Of a stretch of 25,101 nt of DNA, positions 1-7,825 are shown piece by piece. Origin of the DNA: a virus. The stretch lies in the IMG/VR virus record IMGVR_UViG_3300009165_000006. One strand, written 5' to 3'. A program made the position numbers and the translations under genes. The notes beneath the pieces were generated by a model, which searched no databases, was not told the DNA's origin, and saw only the letters and a program-made list of their open reading frames with translations. Each line of letters begins with the position of its first letter. Within the stretch, counting starts at the first letter, position 1.

Positions 1-304
1 GGGCGTCCCTCGTAGCCTGTGTTTACCTACTAAGAGGAAGGATTGGCTCATTCCAGGGAACAGAGATCGTCAGCTTACTTTGACCTAGCAGGGCCGGTTC
101 GGCCTAGCTGAGGCATGGTATCTACATCGGATAGAATCTACATCTATAGGATCTACATCTGGTGTCTATCGGTTCACCTGTTACGACCCACCGAAGTAGG
201 CGGCCTCAGGTTTCTTACCTGGCTGACCCCAGAAGGAAGGCGCTAAGCCTATTCGGGCGCTGGGCAAGAAGAACTTACGACCCCCGGAGGATACCCCAGG
301 ACGG

Positions 305-544
305 TCAAGTGGTCAAGGATTTAGATGTGGCTAACTTAGAAGCCACTGATCTACCTAGCTCGGTTGGGACCAAAGTGATTCGGTAGCTACCCAAGGTCTC
401 ACTTTTGGACACATACTCAAGCTCGAGGAGCTTGAGAGCAGGCTTGTATTCCGGGAAACAACTCCAAGCTCGATATCCATCGTCAGTAACCTTGATGACT
501 TCCTGAAGGACCCGGGCTTGGGCTGGGGATAGCTTCTTGCTCAT
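305..544 (-). CDS. Family B small wHTH DNA-binding protein (LexA N-terminal-like domain only), copy 3
   Basis: 79-aa ORF. Its N-terminal half is a paralog of ORF 2861..3079 (KLSPAQARVLQEVIKVT vs KLTPTQVKTLQEIIKIT), and nt 337-385 are near-identical to 2869-2917. Pattern LTxxQxxxLxxI...G.P.....PEY...LKLLELGYV...G...I.LV resembles the LexA N-terminal winged helix. Preceded by the conserved promoter at 545-580. Confidence 0.6.
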   Translation of the reverse strand: MSKKLSPAQARVLQEVIKVTDDGYRAWSCFPEYKPALKLLELEYVSKSETLGSYRITLVPTELGRSVASKLATSKSLTT

Positions 545-580
545 GCACTCTATTACGCCTGGGCTCTAAAGAGATCAACC
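545..580 (-). promoter_or_regulatory. sigma70-like leaderless promoter: TTGATC(573-578 rc)-17-TAATAG(550-555 rc)-5-ATG
   Basis: Member of the conserved TTGAG-N17-GCGTAATAG-N5-ATG family seen in front of many minus-strand genes. Confidence 0.55.
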
Positions 581-717
581 TTTGCTGGGCGGTTCTTTGA
601 AGGAGAGCACGAGGACCTTCGCCGTTGGAACCTCATGGGGGTCGATCGATAATCGACCCCCATTGGAGGTCAAATCCTTGATCTCGTCGAACAGATCTTG
701 TTGTTTCTCGCTGAGCT

Positions 718-894
718 TCATTCGTTGACGCTCACGTGTAGTAGAAAGTCCCCTAGGGCCAGGACTGCCGTTTTCAGAGCTTGTCTCGCATGGGGTCCTA
801 ACAGGACCCCATGATTCGCCTGAACCTCATTGAGCATGTTGTTTGCCCAACGGGCAGCATGAGCCATAACTTCTAGGCGGGTTTCGGTAGACAT
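718..894 (-). CDS. hypothetical small protein (58 aa, MSTETRLEVMAHAARWANNMLNEVQANHGVLLGPHARQALKTAVLALGDFLLHVSVNE)
   Basis: Not in the supplied ORF track (below 60 aa). Found because the conserved promoter motif (TTGAGC-17-TAATAG-6-ATG, 895-930) sits directly upstream of an ATG at 892-894. Open frame runs to TGA at 718-720. Confidence 0.45.
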   Translation of the reverse strand: MSTETRLEVMAHAARWANNMLNEVQANHGVLLGPHARQALKTAVLALGDFLLHVSVNE

Positions 895-974
895 GCTCTC
901 TATTACGCGCGAGGGAGCCCGGGCTCAACCTCTCTTTCGAGGAAATCCCACCCCCCCTTCGAGACCAAGTTCCT

Positions 975-1160
975 CTAAGAGCGCTTTGGAGAACTTGGAG
1001 AGCTTGGTGGCCGTTCAGTCTCGGGTTCCTCGGGCCCCTGGTCTTTGAGGTAGATCTTGGCCGCCTCTACCTCGAGCGGGTCAAAAGATGATGTGTCCTG
1101 CTTGTGAAGCACGAGATGGGCTATTTGCCGGATTCTGTGACTGAATTCGTCCATACCCAC
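975..1160 (-). CDS. hypothetical protein (61 aa, Pro/Ser-rich C-terminus)
   Basis: ORF only. No clean promoter motif. Low-complexity tail. Confidence 0.25.
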   Translation of the reverse strand: MGMDEFSHRIRQIAHLVLHKQDTSSFDPLEVEAAKIYLKDQGPEEPETERPPSSPSSPKRS

Positions 1161-1216
1161 CCCGAATAGCCCAGTTCTAAGTCAATGTCCAAATTTTGAA
1201 CTCGAAAGTGTGTGGC

Positions 1217-1915
1217 TTACTCAGCTAACGCCCACTTGAGTGCCACTTCACAACCCGCTGGCATTTTGGCGGATGCTAGCCCGCCTCGGCTTTGTCGGAA
1301 ACTGTTCCGAGCTTCCCATCGAACCTCTCGGGACGCTAGCCCTTGGTCGACCGACCACGCTCGGTTACAGCACTCGAGCACTTCCACGTAGTAGGTTGAT
1401 GCTAGGGCCGCCGCAAGTCGACGTTGGTCTGCCGCTTGGGCTCGAAGAACCACGGCTCCCCTTCGGGCTCGACCGCCACTACGCCCTGAAGCTCGCGCCC
1501 GGGCCTGCCCCTCCAGCTCGATGGCAGCCTGGATCGCAGCTCGTAAGCGAGTCTCAATCTCCAGCTTACGAGCCGAATGAAGCTCGGCGTACGCCCTCTC
1601 GATCTTCCGATCTTGAAACAGTCGAGCCAAATGGGCCCGCCTCTTCTCCCGCCACTTCTCCAGGTCCGCGACGTAAGTGATGTCGCTGTCCCCACCGGGA
1701 TAGTACGACTCTTCCGCGCGCGCAGTAGACCCTGCCTGCAGGGTCACCTCGCAGGACTTCCAGCGGCAGAACCCGTTGTCTCCGGACTCCACAGAAGGCC
1801 CCCGTGTGGCCCCGCCGGTCAACGTCAACCGGACGATCCCAATCCCCGACCCAAAGTAACTGTAACACTGGCAGTATAGTGTTAGTTTCTTCCCTGGACG
1901 TACATACTGTATCAT
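1217..1915 (-). CDS. hypothetical protein, N-terminal CxC...CxxxxC cluster and Ala/Arg-rich coiled-coil C-terminal half
   Basis: 232-aa ORF. Upstream TTGAGT(1959-1964 rc)-18-TAATAG(1935-1940 rc), then a 19-nt leader containing AGGAG (1924-1928 rc) 9 nt before the ATG, so this is a leadered mRNA with a Shine-Dalgarno sequence. The GC-rich opposite-strand ORFs look like translation artefacts. Confidence 0.6.
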   Translation of the reverse strand: MIQYVRPGKKLTLYCQCYSYFGSGIGIVRLTLTGGATRGPSVESGDNGFCRWKSCEVTLQAGSTARAEESYYPGGDSDITYVADLEKWREKRRAHLARLFQDRKIERAYAELHSARKLEIETRLRAAIQAAIELEGQARARASGRSGGRARRGAVVLRAQAADQRRLAAALASTYYVEVLECCNRAWSVDQGLASREVRWEARNSFRQSRGGLASAKMPAGCEVALKWALAE

Positions 1916-2138
1916 GGTTTCTTCTCCTGCACGTCTATTACGCTTGAGCCTATCCTGAACTCAATTGGGAAAGATTACCTGTAATAGTAGAGGGATACTG
2001 AACCATCGTACCGTACCGACGCGTCCAACCAGGGGAGTCCCCCTAAGCGCCACTTGATGGCGTCGCATACGGTCCTAATACGCTTACTCCCCGTCTCATG
2101 AGTGGGGGTCCCGACCAACCAACGAATCAGTTTTTCTT

Positions 2139-2579
2139 TCATGGCTTCTCTTCGAACAGTGTACGATCATAACCAACTTGCATCACCGTACCATCCTGAT
2201 GGTGCAGGTTGTAGGCGTGCCCCATCTCGTGGAGTACTGTGTAATACAAGTCAAACTCCCACGTGTCTCTATCCCGACGGTCCGTAATCCGGATCTCGTG
2301 CCACTCATACAACCCCTTGTGGTGGGTGTAGATGGCGTGATCCTTCCCCGGCAATACCCCTACCGGCACGATGCGAATCTTGTTGGCGCCCTCTTCCCGG
2401 TTCATCTGGGCGCACCAAGCACCACTCGTCGCTTCACACCAAGCGTCCGAGGCCTCCTGCATGATCGCAATCTCTTCCTCCGTAGCGTCCCCTGTCACCT
2501 GGAAGTGGTCCTCTAAAGGGGCACATCCACTCAGGTCGACTAGGAGAACTGCCGCTACGGTGATGAGGTATCGTGCCAT
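2139..2579 (-). CDS. small secreted lipoprotein zinc metalloprotease (metzincin/snapalysin-like, HExxHxxxxxH)
   Basis: N-terminal signal peptide with lipobox LSGC. HEMGHAYNLHH motif in a roughly 125-aa mature protein. Conserved leaderless promoter at 2580-2614. Confidence 0.6.
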   Translation of the reverse strand: MARYLITVAAVLLVDLSGCAPLEDHFQVTGDATEEEIAIMQEASDAWCEATSGAWCAQMNREEGANKIRIVPVGVLPGKDHAIYTHHKGLYEWHEIRITDRRDRDTWEFDLYYTVLHEMGHAYNLHHQDGTVMQVGYDRTLFEEKP

Positions 2580-2610
2580 GCCATCCTATTACGCACGACC
2601 CCCAAGAACC

Positions 2611-2844
2611 TCAACCGGTTTCGTCGACCCAGTTCCGCCCAGTCGCCGGGTTCCAAGCCTTGAATCCTGCCTTGGTGATCTCGAGAGCCAACGCCTTCGA
2701 GTCAGCATCGTCCCCTCGTAGGGTGGGAACGTACCCATCGAGCATCTTGGCAGCTAACTCCGCGAACGACCTAAAGGCCGTGGCCGAAGCCGTTAGCTGG
2801 TTGAGTTTGTCGATCTGGGCAGCAACTTGAACTTCGCTTTTCAT
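2611..2844 (-). CDS. Family A hypothetical protein (77 aa), copy 1
   Basis: Paralog of 3110..3340 (shared C-terminus ...FAELAAKMLDGYVPTLRGDDADSKALAL.ITKAGFKAWNPATGRNWVDETG identical over about 45 aa). GAGGGGG Shine-Dalgarno about 10 nt upstream, 16 nt after the family B gene. Confidence 0.6.
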   Translation of the reverse strand: MKSEVQVAAQIDKLNQLTASATAFRSFAELAAKMLDGYVPTLRGDDADSKALALEITKAGFKAWNPATGRNWVDETG

Positions 2845-2860
2845 GTAGAAAATCCCCCTC

Positions 2861-3079
2861 TTACAAGCTCGAAGCCACTGATCGACCTAGCTCGGTCGGA
2901 ACCAAGATGATTAGAGACCCACCTAAACTTTTAGTCTTCGACACGTACCCGAGCTCGAGCAGCTTAAGAGCCGGCTTGTATTCCGGGACACAACTCCAAG
3001 GAAACCCCACACCCGTAATCTTGATGATCTCTTGGAGAGTTTTAACCTGGGTGGGGGTTAGCTTTTTCGTCTTGGGCAT
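2861..3079 (-). CDS. Family B small wHTH DNA-binding protein (LexA N-terminal-like), copy 1
   Basis: 72-aa ORF. Promoter TTGAGG-17-TAATAA-6-ATG at 3080-3113. Paralog of 305..544. Confidence 0.65.
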   Translation of the reverse strand: MPKTKKLTPTQVKTLQEIIKITGVGFPWSCVPEYKPALKLLELGYVSKTKSLGGSLIILVPTELGRSVASSL

Positions 3080-3109
3080 GCCTCTTATTACGCGCGAGCT
3101 TCGAGAACC

Positions 3110-3340
3110 TCAACCGGTTTCGTCGACCCAATTCCGTCCCGTTGCCGGGTTCCAAGCCTTGAATCCCGCCCTGGTGATCCCTAGGGCGAGGGCCTTTGAG
3201 TCCGCATCGTCTCCACGTAGAGTGGGAACGTACCCATCAAGCATGCGAGCTGCTAGCTCAGCAAACGACTTGAATGCCGTCACCTTGGCAGTCAGTTCGT
3301 TGAGCGAGGCAAGCATGTCAGCCGTATGTTTGAGGGTCAT
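3110..3340 (-). CDS. Family A hypothetical protein (76 aa), copy 2
   Basis: Paralog of 2611..2844. Promoter TTGAGT-17-TAATAC-6-ATG at 3341-3375. The tandem P-A-P-B-A unit at 2580-3375 is about 85% identical at the nucleotide level between repeats. Confidence 0.65.
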   Translation of the reverse strand: MTLKHTADMLASLNELTAKVTAFKSFAELAARMLDGYVPTLRGDDADSKALALGITRAGFKAWNPATGRNWVDETG

Positions 3341-3349
3341 GCCCTAGTA

Positions 3350-3559
3350 TTACGTGCCAGTCTTGCCAAACTCAACCAAACTTCGACGGCGTTCCTGCCT
3401 TTCTACGAGAATCCTATCCCCACACGTGGCAGCCCGGATGCTGTCACATGTGAGTTTTGTATGGAACTCACATGTGACAGCATCCGGTGGAACGTCTTTC
3501 ACCAAACCGAGCCTTACGGCTCTCAAAAAGTGTGCGACTTTCCCCTCAACTGATGACAT
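3350..3559 (-). CDS. hypothetical small protein (69 aa), or a small RNA; contains a 23-bp perfect palindrome
   Basis: Well-formed promoter TTGAGA(3588-3593 rc)-17-TACTAC(3565-3570 rc)-5-ATG. The ORF reads through the 3434-3487 hairpin and into the next gene's promoter, so protein-coding status is uncertain. Confidence 0.3.
   Translation of the reverse strand: MSSVEGKVAHFLRAVRLGLVKDVPPDAVTCEFHTKLTCDSIRAATCGDRILVERQERRRSLVEFGKTGT
3434..3487. repeat. perfect 23-bp inverted repeat (CCGGATGCTGTCACATGTGAGTT / AACTCACATGTGACAGCATCCGG) with an 8-nt loop
   Basis: Read directly: arms 3434-3456 and 3465-3487 are exact reverse complements. Confidence 0.9.
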
Positions 3560-3606
3560 GAGTCGTAGTATGTACCAAAAAGCGGACTCTCAACCAGAAA
3601 GTATGT

Positions 3607-3674
3607 AACTACACGTAGTTTTATGATTGGCTCATTACTATTGCTACGAACATGCTCTAAAACTACGTGTAGGC
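3607..3674. promoter_or_regulatory. conserved bipartite element, copy 1: AACTACACGTAG-16-TTACTATTG-21-ACGTGTAGGC (outer arms form a 14-bp inverted repeat)
   Basis: Same three blocks with identical 16/21-nt spacing recur at 8473-8540. Spacer sequences differ. Confidence 0.6.
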
Positions 3675-3976
3675 AATCAAGAGGCTCGAGCTTATAAGCT
3701 CGAACAAGGGACTAGCTTACATGTAGTTACTCAATACGCTGGTAACTATAGGAATGAGCCAAGAGCTTACCTACCTGTAAGCAATCTACTAACTATCCAG
3801 GCCACCCCCATTGTTCTGGTCATAAACGAGAGTGACCCTGGCTCCCCACCACCCTCGAGTCTTGATGCACTGCTCGTAACCTTACCGGCAACCTATCTTA
3901 CAGGTCAGCGTCAAACTCAAAATCCGGAACTGGACCAAGGCATTCCCCCCTACGGCGCATTAACCCTCCCCCAGGG

Positions 3977-4591
3977 TTAGCACAACGACCTCATTATCCG
4001 CTGGTACCGAGTAAGTACGGGAGCCCTTTCTTGTGGGGAATTCCTTAGAAGCCAATCTTGGCAATCAGTAAGTTGAGCTCTTCTCTCTTTAGCACTTTTA
4101 GCACTAGAAGTGGCTGCTCGAGCAGCCCAAGTCGTAGCAGCCCTAGCAGCAGCCTGAGCATTAGCCAAAGTAGTCATAACAGAAGCAGCCCAAGCAGCAG
4201 CCTGAGCAACCCGAGCAGCTCTATGAGCAGTCCTCCAAGCAGGCATTGAAGGAGCATCCTCAGACAGAACCTCCCAAGCAGCCTTAGCAGCCCTTTCTAG
4301 TTCTTCCTTTGAGACCGCTTCCCCGTTAACAAATCGGTCACACAGATCTAAAGCTCGAAGGGTATCAGGATGGAACCAACCTGTCTTCGTACAGCCTCGG
4401 CGTGCAACCCGAGCCACTACATAGACCATTCCCCTCCGCCCAAGAATCTCTTCATGTAGGAGTACCCCTACTTTAGCATTAGACGGAATCGATGCTTCAA
4501 ACAACTCCATCACTCCCATCGGGAGTAGTTCGTCTGGGATAAGGTCGGAAGGCTCCCAACTCTCAAGGAGTTCTTTCGTAATGGTGATCAT
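3977..4591 (-). CDS. Family D hypothetical protein (204 aa, Ala-rich C-terminal half), copy 1
   Basis: Paralog of 7826..8380 (shared blocks LIP.E.LPM...FEA.I.S..K.G.LL.EEILG.RGMVYV.AR.ARR.CT.TGW.HP.TLRALDLCDR, ...KERRAQL.DC..WL). Promoter TTGACT(4624-4629 rc)-17-GATAAT(4601-4606 rc)-9-ATG. Confidence 0.65.
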   Translation of the reverse strand: MITITKELLESWEPSDLIPDELLPMGVMELFEASIPSNAKVGVLLHEEILGRRGMVYVVARVARRGCTKTGWFHPDTLRALDLCDRFVNGEAVSKEELERAAKAAWEVLSEDAPSMPAWRTAHRAARVAQAAAWAASVMTTLANAQAAARAATTWAARAATSSAKSAKERRAQLTDCQDWLLRNSPQERAPVLTRYQRIMRSLC

Positions 4592-4647
4592 ACCACCCTC
4601 ATTATCCGTGGATCACCTCCAAAAGTCAACTGGTGTACTTTTGCCCC

Positions 4648-4923
4648 ATGAAAGAGAAGCCTGAACCCGAAAGGAAAGGCTGGGTACCGGTCACTGAATG
4701 CCATCCCCCAGTCGATGAACCACTACTCGTCTACCATCGTGTAGATCGATACCCGAGCGGCGAAGTGCATAGCTGGGACGCACTCCTCGTTGCAAAGTAC
4801 GATCGCACGTCTCATTGGTTAGTGGAATCGGATGCTGGCTATTGGGTACGCTTTTCCAAGTCCGAGCTAGTGACCCATTGGATGTATTTGCCCGAGCCAC
4901 CCGGCTCTTTGAGGTCCCCATAA
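4648..4923 (+). CDS. hypothetical protein (about 91 aa, Trp-rich)
   Basis: ORF 4633..4923, with the start more plausibly at ATG 4648 (MKEKPEP). TACTTT-6-ATG geometry upstream. Divergent from family D gene. Opposite-strand ORFs look less protein-like. Weak. Confidence 0.35.
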   Translation: MKEKPEPERKGWVPVTECHPPVDEPLLVYHRVDRYPSGEVHSWDALLVAKYDRTSHWLVESDAGYWVRFSKSELVTHWMYLPEPPGSLRSP

Positions 4924-5078
4924 AAGAAGACCGAGCCAATCCTCCGCACACAAGGAGAACTGGCCCGGCCTAGCCCGTACGTGGAAGATGATTGGAGAAC
5001 CACGCTCAGGCCAAACGGGAAAGTACTCCACCCCCACCCCGGTAGTCAACCTTTTTACAGCAGGCCGAAGTGGTTCGA

Positions 5079-5447
5079 TTACCCCTGCGAGTCTCCCACC
5101 TCTTTGATGGCTCTCTCCATCTGAGTGGCCAACTGACGTAGTTGGTTGGTCGTAAACTTCCGAGCCAACGCCTGGAGCCTCTCTAAGGCTACTACGTATA
5201 AGATATGAGCCATCTCTTGAGCATCCTGGGCCTCATAGAGCGCCACCATCTCAGGGGTGGGTGGGAACCATATGTGCCCGTCAGCCCAACGAGTTTTCTT
5301 CGGGATTCGTACCCCACTGGTAAGAATGACCATTGTCTTGGTTACCCGCTCAACAGTGACCTCACGCCAACTACGACCCACTTGGTGGTACCACTTCGAC
5401 CCAGCGACCGTATTTCGAACGGCTTCCTCAAGAATAGCGTTGCTCAT
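5079..5447 (-). CDS. Family C hypothetical protein (122 aa), copy 1
   Basis: Paralog of 6029..6400 and 7424..7780 (shared ...E.A..NTV.GSKWY..v...W..v.VE.VTKTT........I.K...........W.PPT). No canonical family promoter. Three ACTCAA (= TTGAGT) repeats lie upstream. Confidence 0.6.
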   Translation of the reverse strand: MSNAILEEAVRNTVAGSKWYHQVGRSWREVTVERVTKTMVILTSGVRIPKKTRWADGHIWFPPTPEMVALYEAQDAQEMAHILYVVALERLQALARKFTTNQLRQLATQMERAIKEVGDSQG

Positions 5448-5578
5448 ACCTACTACACACCACCTGTGCCCTAGTCCTGAGAGACTTTTGAGGCAGACTC
5501 AACCTCTGACTCAAAAGTCCCCCTACTCAAAAACCTCTTGCATGACGCCTTGACTACAGTACCACTAAGGCGCCCCCT

Positions 5579-6091
5579 ATGACGAGATTTCTCGTACAAT
5601 TCGAGACCGAGGACGATCAAGCCCTCATCAAGGCCCTCGTCTTCCTTCAGGAGAACGGCTTCAACCCAACCCTTCAGGCAGTCGCGGATGAACCAAAGCC
5701 CGTAGCACGTATCCCGGTAGTGGCACGCCTCGACCGGGATACGGCGTGGATGAAACTCCTCTCCGCCTTGAAGCCGAACCCCAAGAAGGTCCTCCAGTTC
5801 ATCAAGACCGGCCCCCCAAATGGTCTCTCCGCTAGGATGATCGCTGACCAGTTCAAGCAGAAACCAAACTGGTTCACCGGAGTCCTCAACGGCGGAATCC
5901 AACGTAACGTCAAGTCCGCCGGATTCCAGCTCGAAGACGTCGTTGTCATTACCCAGTATCGCGGAATGATCACCTACGCCCCCGGCCCAGAACTCAAACG
6001 CAGGGAGCTCAAAAGTCCCCTACCACCTTCACCGGCCTATGCCCCTATTGACGGTGACGAGGTCAATGAGGCTCTCCATCTGGGTGACTAG
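5579..6091 (+). CDS. hypothetical protein (170 aa), possible wHTH-like segment (VLQFIKTGPPNGLSARMIADQF)
   Basis: Protein-like composition. Its 3' end overlaps the convergent family C gene by 63 nt (antisense overlap). Confidence 0.5.
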   Translation: MTRFLVQFETEDDQALIKALVFLQENGFNPTLQAVADEPKPVARIPVVARLDRDTAWMKLLSALKPNPKKVLQFIKTGPPNGLSARMIADQFKQKPNWFTGVLNGGIQRNVKSAGFQLEDVVVITQYRGMITYAPGPELKRRELKSPLPPSPAYAPIDGDEVNEALHLGD

Positions 6092-6400
6092 TTGCCGGAG
6101 CTGGTCAGCTGTAGTCCACTGAGCAATAGCTCGAAGCTTCTCTAGAGCTGCCAGGTAAGAGGTCATCGCGTCCTTCTTCGCCATGACCTCCAGAACTAGG
6201 TCCTGAGTGGGTGGAAACCAGATCCGCCCAGCATGATCACGACAGGTTGCCTTCGAGATGCAAGTGCCCCCCAGAAGCACAACCGTAGTCTTGGTTACCT
6301 TCTTGACCTCAACCGCATGCCACTTACCATGGATGCACTGATACCACTTTGAACCAGGTACCGTATTTCGAATGGCCTCTTCGCGATCAACTGCGTTCAT
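6029..6400 (-). CDS. Family C hypothetical protein (123 aa), copy 2
   Basis: The track ORF 6029..6439 was trimmed to ATG 6398-6400. This ATG sits 5 nt after the conserved TAATAG (6406-6411 rc) with TTATGG -35 (6430-6435 rc) and aligns with the paralog N-termini (MNAVDREEAIRNTVPGSKWYQ). Confidence 0.65.
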   Translation of the reverse strand: MNAVDREEAIRNTVPGSKWYQCIHGKWHAVEVKKVTKTTVVLLGGTCISKATCRDHAGRIWFPPTQDLVLEVMAKKDAMTSYLAALEKLRAIAQWTTADQLRQLVTQMESLIDLVTVNRGIGR

Positions 6401-6583
6401 GTTCTCTATTACGCTTGCCCCCTGCGAACCCATAACCAAAATCTATAGCGTTCGCCTGTGGTACCCCCAAGAAACTAGCTTTGGCTGGGGTACTGGGAAG
6501 TCGGCCAACATCAAGTACCCCATCCGGAACCCAGTGCTTGGCTCCCCATTCTATGAAACTTAAGCTGGGTTTGGAGTCAACTT

Positions 6584-7378
6584 CTAGATCTCCATTTGCT
6601 CGGCCAAGTACTCGTAGTCGTCAAGCTTACCATTGGCACGCGAGGCCCTATTCGAGGCTTCGGACGCCCCGTTGGGTGCACCAAGCTTGGCGCGAGCTGT
6701 GACGCAATCCTCGTCGCGATGCCACTGACCACGGAGCTGCCACCGGGATTGCTCTCGTAGAGTCAACTTCCTCCAACCCTGTTCTCTAGCCCTCTGGTAG
6801 AGCTGCCTTGAAGCAAGGCGATTCGCCTCACTCAGAGTGAGTCCAATCGCCGCAGTCCCGAAGTCGCGTGCCAAATCCTCGACATCACACCACGGTAGGA
6901 AACGGTAGTAGCGCGTCCAGTGCCATGTCAGGATATCTGCGGCCCGTACCGGGTCAGACAATCGATGTGAGTAGCGAACAAAAGACTGCGACCATAGCAA
7001 TTCCTTGCCGGCGAACCGGTCACTCACCATGACCGTACAGGGAACTGTCTCATCAGCCGATACCTCAAGGCTAATTGGCCTCAAATCGCGAGCTTGCTCT
7101 TCTGGGAGCAGGCGAAATAGCATCCGAATCCGCCGAGTCCCGTCGAACTTACCAGTCTTGTTTGAGATCTCCAAAACCTGGCCCCATCGGCCTCGACCAG
7201 AAAAGAAATCGTCAACGACAACGACGTCAATGTCGCCCGTCGACACGCCTAGTAGCCCGGAGACTACGCCACGCATCGTACGTGACAGCCACACCACATT
7301 TTCTGTGGCCTCAAGGCTGAATTGGAAGGATGAAATCTCAACAGAACCCCGAACGATCAATTCAATTGGCTTTTTCAT
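6584..7378 (-). CDS. hypothetical protein (264 aa) with a G-x-S-x-G-D-I-D-VVVVDD acidic motif; possible nucleotide/metal-binding fold, unassigned
   Basis: Long clean ORF co-transcribed 45 nt downstream of family C copy 3 (no promoter motif between). Motif GLLGVSTGDIDVVVVDDFFSGRGRWG does not fit any family I can name with confidence. Confidence 0.6.
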   Translation of the reverse strand: MKKPIELIVRGSVEISSFQFSLEATENVVWLSRTMRGVVSGLLGVSTGDIDVVVVDDFFSGRGRWGQVLEISNKTGKFDGTRRIRMLFRLLPEEQARDLRPISLEVSADETVPCTVMVSDRFAGKELLWSQSFVRYSHRLSDPVRAADILTWHWTRYYRFLPWCDVEDLARDFGTAAIGLTLSEANRLASRQLYQRAREQGWRKLTLREQSRWQLRGQWHRDEDCVTARAKLGAPNGASEASNRASRANGKLDDYEYLAEQMEI

Positions 7379-7423
7379 GTCCCATACCCGAGGTCAATTT
7401 CTCGGGCCTCCTAGTACGAGCGG

Positions 7424-7780
7424 TCAGTGAATCTCCGACAGGTCAATGAGGCTCTCTAGCTGAGTGGCTAGCTTGAGAAGTTGAGCAGGCGTAGCACGCT
7501 GAGCTGCCTCTCGAAGCTTCTCTACGGCCGCCTCGTAAGCAACCCTGGCGACCTCAAAGTCCTCGAACTGCTTGACGATGTTCTGAGTGGGTGGATACCA
7601 AGCCCAACCATCTTGGTCACGACAGTTCCTCTTCGAGATGCGAGTCCCCCCTTCGAGGTAGATCGTAGTCTTGGTTACCCTCTCGACCAAGCCCACTACC
7701 CACTTGCTATTCACGCACTGATACCACTTCGAACCAGGAACCGTGTTCAGGATGACAGCTTCTCGTTCGACTTTGCTCAT
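7424..7780 (-). CDS. Family C hypothetical protein (118 aa), copy 3
   Basis: Promoter TTGAGT(7811-7816 rc)-18-TAATAG(7787-7792 rc)-6-ATG. Paralog alignment as above. Confidence 0.7.
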   Translation of the reverse strand: MSKVEREAVILNTVPGSKWYQCVNSKWVVGLVERVTKTTIYLEGGTRISKRNCRDQDGWAWYPPTQNIVKQFEDFEVARVAYEAAVEKLREAAQRATPAQLLKLATQLESLIDLSEIH

Positions 7781-7825
7781 GCCACCCTATTACGCATGGG
7801 CGCCTAGAGAACTCAACCAAATTCC

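Noticed and set aside
1240-1879. Several overlapping ORFs on both strands (1240..1680 +, 1402..1695 -, 1566..1868 -, 1577..1879 +)
   Set aside because: They are in a GC-rich stretch where all frames stay open. The products are Pro/Arg/Gly-rich junk. The 1217..1915 (-) ORF has a promoter plus a Shine-Dalgarno sequence and is retained instead.
3627-3980. 117-aa plus-strand ORF across the 3600-3976 gap
   Set aside because: It has no promoter or RBS and spans the conserved 68-bp element and palindromes. Composition is not convincing. The region is treated as non-coding or regulatory.
4058-4249. Ser-rich 63-aa plus-strand ORF
   Set aside because: It is the reverse-complement shadow of the Ala-rich C-terminal half of the family D gene (GCN codons read as NGC/AGC).
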